Below are positions 60,701 to 64,000 of a DNA stretch of 64,000 nt, one piece after another. The position numbers and the translations under genes were made by a program. Under the pieces are notes generated by a model that was not told the DNA's origin, made no database searches, and was given only the letters and a program-made list of their open reading frames with translations. Each line of letters opens with the position of its first letter. Positions within the stretch are counted from its first letter, which is position 1. Source of the DNA: Trichoplax adhaerens (Eukaryota > Animalia > Placozoa); contig NW_002060946.1 in NCBI RefSeq assembly GCF_000150275.1, positions 2,747,454 through 2,811,453 of the forward strand, given 5' to 3'.

Positions 60701-61812
60701 ACCTATTAGAGCACTAAGTATGTCATGCTACTAAAACTAATGACGACCATTTGACTCTATAGGGTGATTCATTGGCCCTAACTTGTACTTACCAGACGAA
60801 AAGCCGTCCTAACGTCACTGTGGTATGTAAAAATTAAACTTTGATTAAACTATCTCAAAATAGCGTATACAAACTACAACCATAATTAAAATTTTTCTAC
60901 ATTTGTATCTGAATCAATTTTAGGGAGGTCAAGCAACAACTGACGAAATGTGCCTGAATTATCTGTTCTATTATCCTAGAGCACCACTAGCAGCATGCTT
61001 TAGCTATACTGGTTATGATACTTTGACACCATACTTTGGCAAGCTAATGAAGTAAGCGATTCTCCTTACAAAAAACATGATAAATACAACGTATGCAACC
61101 TTAGGATATAGTTGTGCAATAAAACTAATAAAATATGTATTTACGTAGTGGAATAACGTTGATCGATTAGGAAAAATGATAATTTAACAAAAGTAGAATT
61201 TTAGACAAAATTTGGGTTTAAGATAGACATCATAAATAATGATCATTTATGCTATCATAGACAAGGTGTAATGCCTCCACCAAGGTATAATGGAAGCTAT
61301 GGCATTGCCAGGTCATTGCAAAAAACTACTATTGGGAGCCAGAANNNNNNNNNNNNNNNNNNNNNNNNNNNNNNNNNNNNNNNNNNNNNNNNNNNNNNNN
61401 NNNNNNNNNNNNNNNNNNNNNNNNNNNNNNNNNNNNNNNNNNNNNNNNNNNNNNNNNNNNNNNNNNNNNNNNNNNNNNNNNNNNNNNNNNNNNNNNNNNN
61501 NNNNNNNNNNNNNNTATCTAGCTTCATATTTCTAGCTGCTATACATTAGTATACCTATGTCGTCGTGCTTTAGTATATCTTTCTCTAAGTGTAGCTATGG
61601 CAAGAGCTATTTAATATTTTAATCTAACGTTGTCATTTTAATAATATTTTTAGCGGTATAATATGCCAATTCCAAATTTTAAATCAATTGCCAACTACAC
61701 TAACGACGTTACTGGCACCACTCCTTCCACTAGTGAGTCTACAGCCATCTCTCCGGCTCATACCGTCCTAGCTCTTCTTTCCACTACTATCATTTTAATA
61801 TTTGCCAATTAA
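57705..61812 (+). CDS. DBH/MOXD-like copper type II ascorbate-dependent monooxygenase with DOMON domain
   Basis: Signal peptide; DOMON TTGWIGFGISP...MPGSDIV; Cu ligands VHHMIMY, EMHYDNP, FFHTHLAG, ATTDEMCLNYLFYYP; YDFNYQE; Ser/Thr-rich tail then hydrophobic end HTVLALLSTTIILIFAN*; interrupted by an N gap. Confidence 0.92.
61345..61514. other. Assembly gap inside a monooxygenase exon
   Basis: Run of N. Confidence 1.
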
Positions 61813-64000
61813 TTGACTGACCATTATCTTGATGTCTATCAATAGCAGTAATCTGGCTATCATATTTGCTCCATAAATAATTGATTACGGGTATACTGAT
61901 TATGAGTATATTGATTACTATCCCTGATAATATTTCTTATCCGTTGTGAAGTTAAATAAATTTTAGATATTTCACATAGCTTTCAACTTATTATTAAAAA
62001 TCATGGACGATTTAATAACTGCTTTGACCTGCACTATGATTAAGTATGATTTTAACCAAAAAATAATCAATCCAATTCGTTAATAGTGCTTAGTGTCATG
62101 GTATCTTATCAAATAGTATCTAAATAATTGAAATCCTATATTGCATTGAATCAATTCTTAACGACAAAAGTCTTCTTCTTGTTTTGTTAGCTATTGAGCT
62201 TGTCAATCCTGGTTTAAGGCAATTAATTTGATAACAGCGCAAAATTTGCAATTGTTAGCCATAATTATTGACACTAAAACATGAATTTAAGATTGCGTAA
62301 TGTAATAATAATTTTTTACTGATAATTAATTTGCAAATTGGCGTATCAGTATAAATATATTTTATTGTTTAGTAAATTTAACCCTATTAAACAAACGTAA
62401 TTCTGATTTATGCTCTTAACGGACTCATTTTTTTGGCCTACATGTATATGAAATCAAGGCGTAATTAAAAATGCTAATCAATGTCGATGCTTGCTTAGAG
62501 AGTAATATAAGTATTTAAAAATGTTAACCGAGTCAGAATTAAATTTAGGGTTTCTACTTCTCGTCATGAATGAGCTTTACGACGGTCGATAGAGCACTGC
62601 CGTCTGCTTTGCGAAATCTTAAGCAATGTGACACCTATGCGAATAAGTAGGAGCCGAAACAAGACTCGTTTGACTTCCTCTATTAGGATAATTCTAATAT
62701 TGAGGTAAACAATTTGAACGTACAGTAGGGCTGGTGAAGCTGTAATACTTACTTTCTCTTTTAGTATTTTAACATACTTCATAGATTTAGCTTTTACTAC
62801 ATTACGATACTTTACAAAATCATCCACTTAAGATGTAATACATGACTGGCACTTACTGTTTTAAGAGAGCAATATAGCAACGTGGTGAATAGAATTGAAT
62901 TCGATGTAGTTAACCCTATAAAAATGTGCTATTAAAATGAACTGTCAATATTTCGGCAGGGCTTCGTTAGGCGCAGCAACGCACCCAATCATGGGCCTCC
63001 ATTAATGTCAACATATTTGAAACTAATAATCGAAACATTTATCAACCATTTCAAGGATGACATTTACTGGTCTTTAATATGGATCCTTGAAAACCCTGGA
63101 TGAATACTACAGTAATTTTCTAAAATAGTGAAATTTCATCAATTCATAGTCGCATGCAAGATATAGCCTCAATTTTTTTTCGTTAATTATCTGACCATCG
63201 GGTGCAACGGTTTATCGCCATCATCAGCGGTTAATTGAGCTGGAACAATGCATCTCAAGTTATTTTACAGTCTGATTTAGTCGATAAAGACCTTATTCTT
63301 ACTGATGATGGAATCGTTATTTACAGAATCAATATCATTACCATAAAGTGGTTACGTCATAGATACAGCTGGCGAATTTGCTAGGTTATCTGTTCTGTAC
63401 CGTAAGCCATATCCTCATCATTAAATGTTTTTATTGCAAACAAAGCCAACAATATATCAACCATTTTTCAACACTGAGTAACCTGGAAATAAATACAAAA
63501 ATATCGGATAAAAATCTACCGCGATATGGCAATACTACTTCAGTAATTGCTCTCTAATAGGTCATTTTTAGCCCCTGGGTAATTAACCCTGATCTAATTT
63601 GCATGTATAATGTTAACATTACATATATGATAGTTGTGTTTTGAGATTCCATTACGTCCTTATTTTAAGGTATCATCGTTACTGCTATAGTTTTGGTATT
63701 TACAGATTAGAAAGTCGCTATCTATGTAAACCTCGTAATCAGATGAATTTACCGTTACGTCTTTTAGTTGAAGGTACGTCCGCCACATGAGCCTCATAAG
63801 TTACAGAAAAAGAATAGTGCGCAGTAAAAACGATTAGAAAGTAGATTAATTCTTTATTTTGCTAGTCTTTATCAGCTAAGAGCTCAAGTTGAATCTAATA
63901 TAAAGAATAATCCCGTTTAGAATCAAGTAGAAAAATTATAAATAGTTCGCTAGTTATACAGCCTGTTGCTGATGTAAAAACTTAATAATTTCAATTTTTT

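Noticed and set aside
61271-61549. ORFs containing X runs
   Set aside because: Artefacts of the N gap; only the first codons belong to the monooxygenase exon
62564-63490. Minus-strand 87-aa ORF and nearby GC-richer sequence
   Set aside because: No recognisable homology or coherent exon chain; may be UTR or a gene extending beyond the window

Overview
Eukaryotic, AT-rich, compact animal genomic DNA with many short spliceosomal introns. It looks like a non-bilaterian, probably a placozoan such as Trichoplax (inference from composition, intron size and gene set; not verified). No prokaryotic systems, CRISPR, rRNA or tRNA were seen. Manual exon splicing gives nine protein-coding genes: SRPK (+), FAM72 (-, absent from the ORF track), srGAP/ARHGAP4 family (-), ATG101 (+), two tandem MEST-like alpha/beta hydrolases (-), CEP41 (+), AUH (-), LTA4H (+) and a DBH/MOXD-like copper monooxygenase (+). 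Main points of interest: (1) two gene pairs that are also neighbours in human, FAM72-srGAP and head-to-head MEST-CEP41; (2) three minor-spliceosome (U12) introns, including an AT-AC intron in CEP41; (3) a 66-bp-arm, G.U-rich fold-back whose 3' arm is the first unit of a ~195-bp tandem array; (4) a MEST paralogue ending in a PTS1-like -AKL; (5) an srGAP SH3 domain that has lost its ligand-binding aromatics; (6) a TACAGT-rich fold-back/satellite element. Two assembly gaps interrupt genes.
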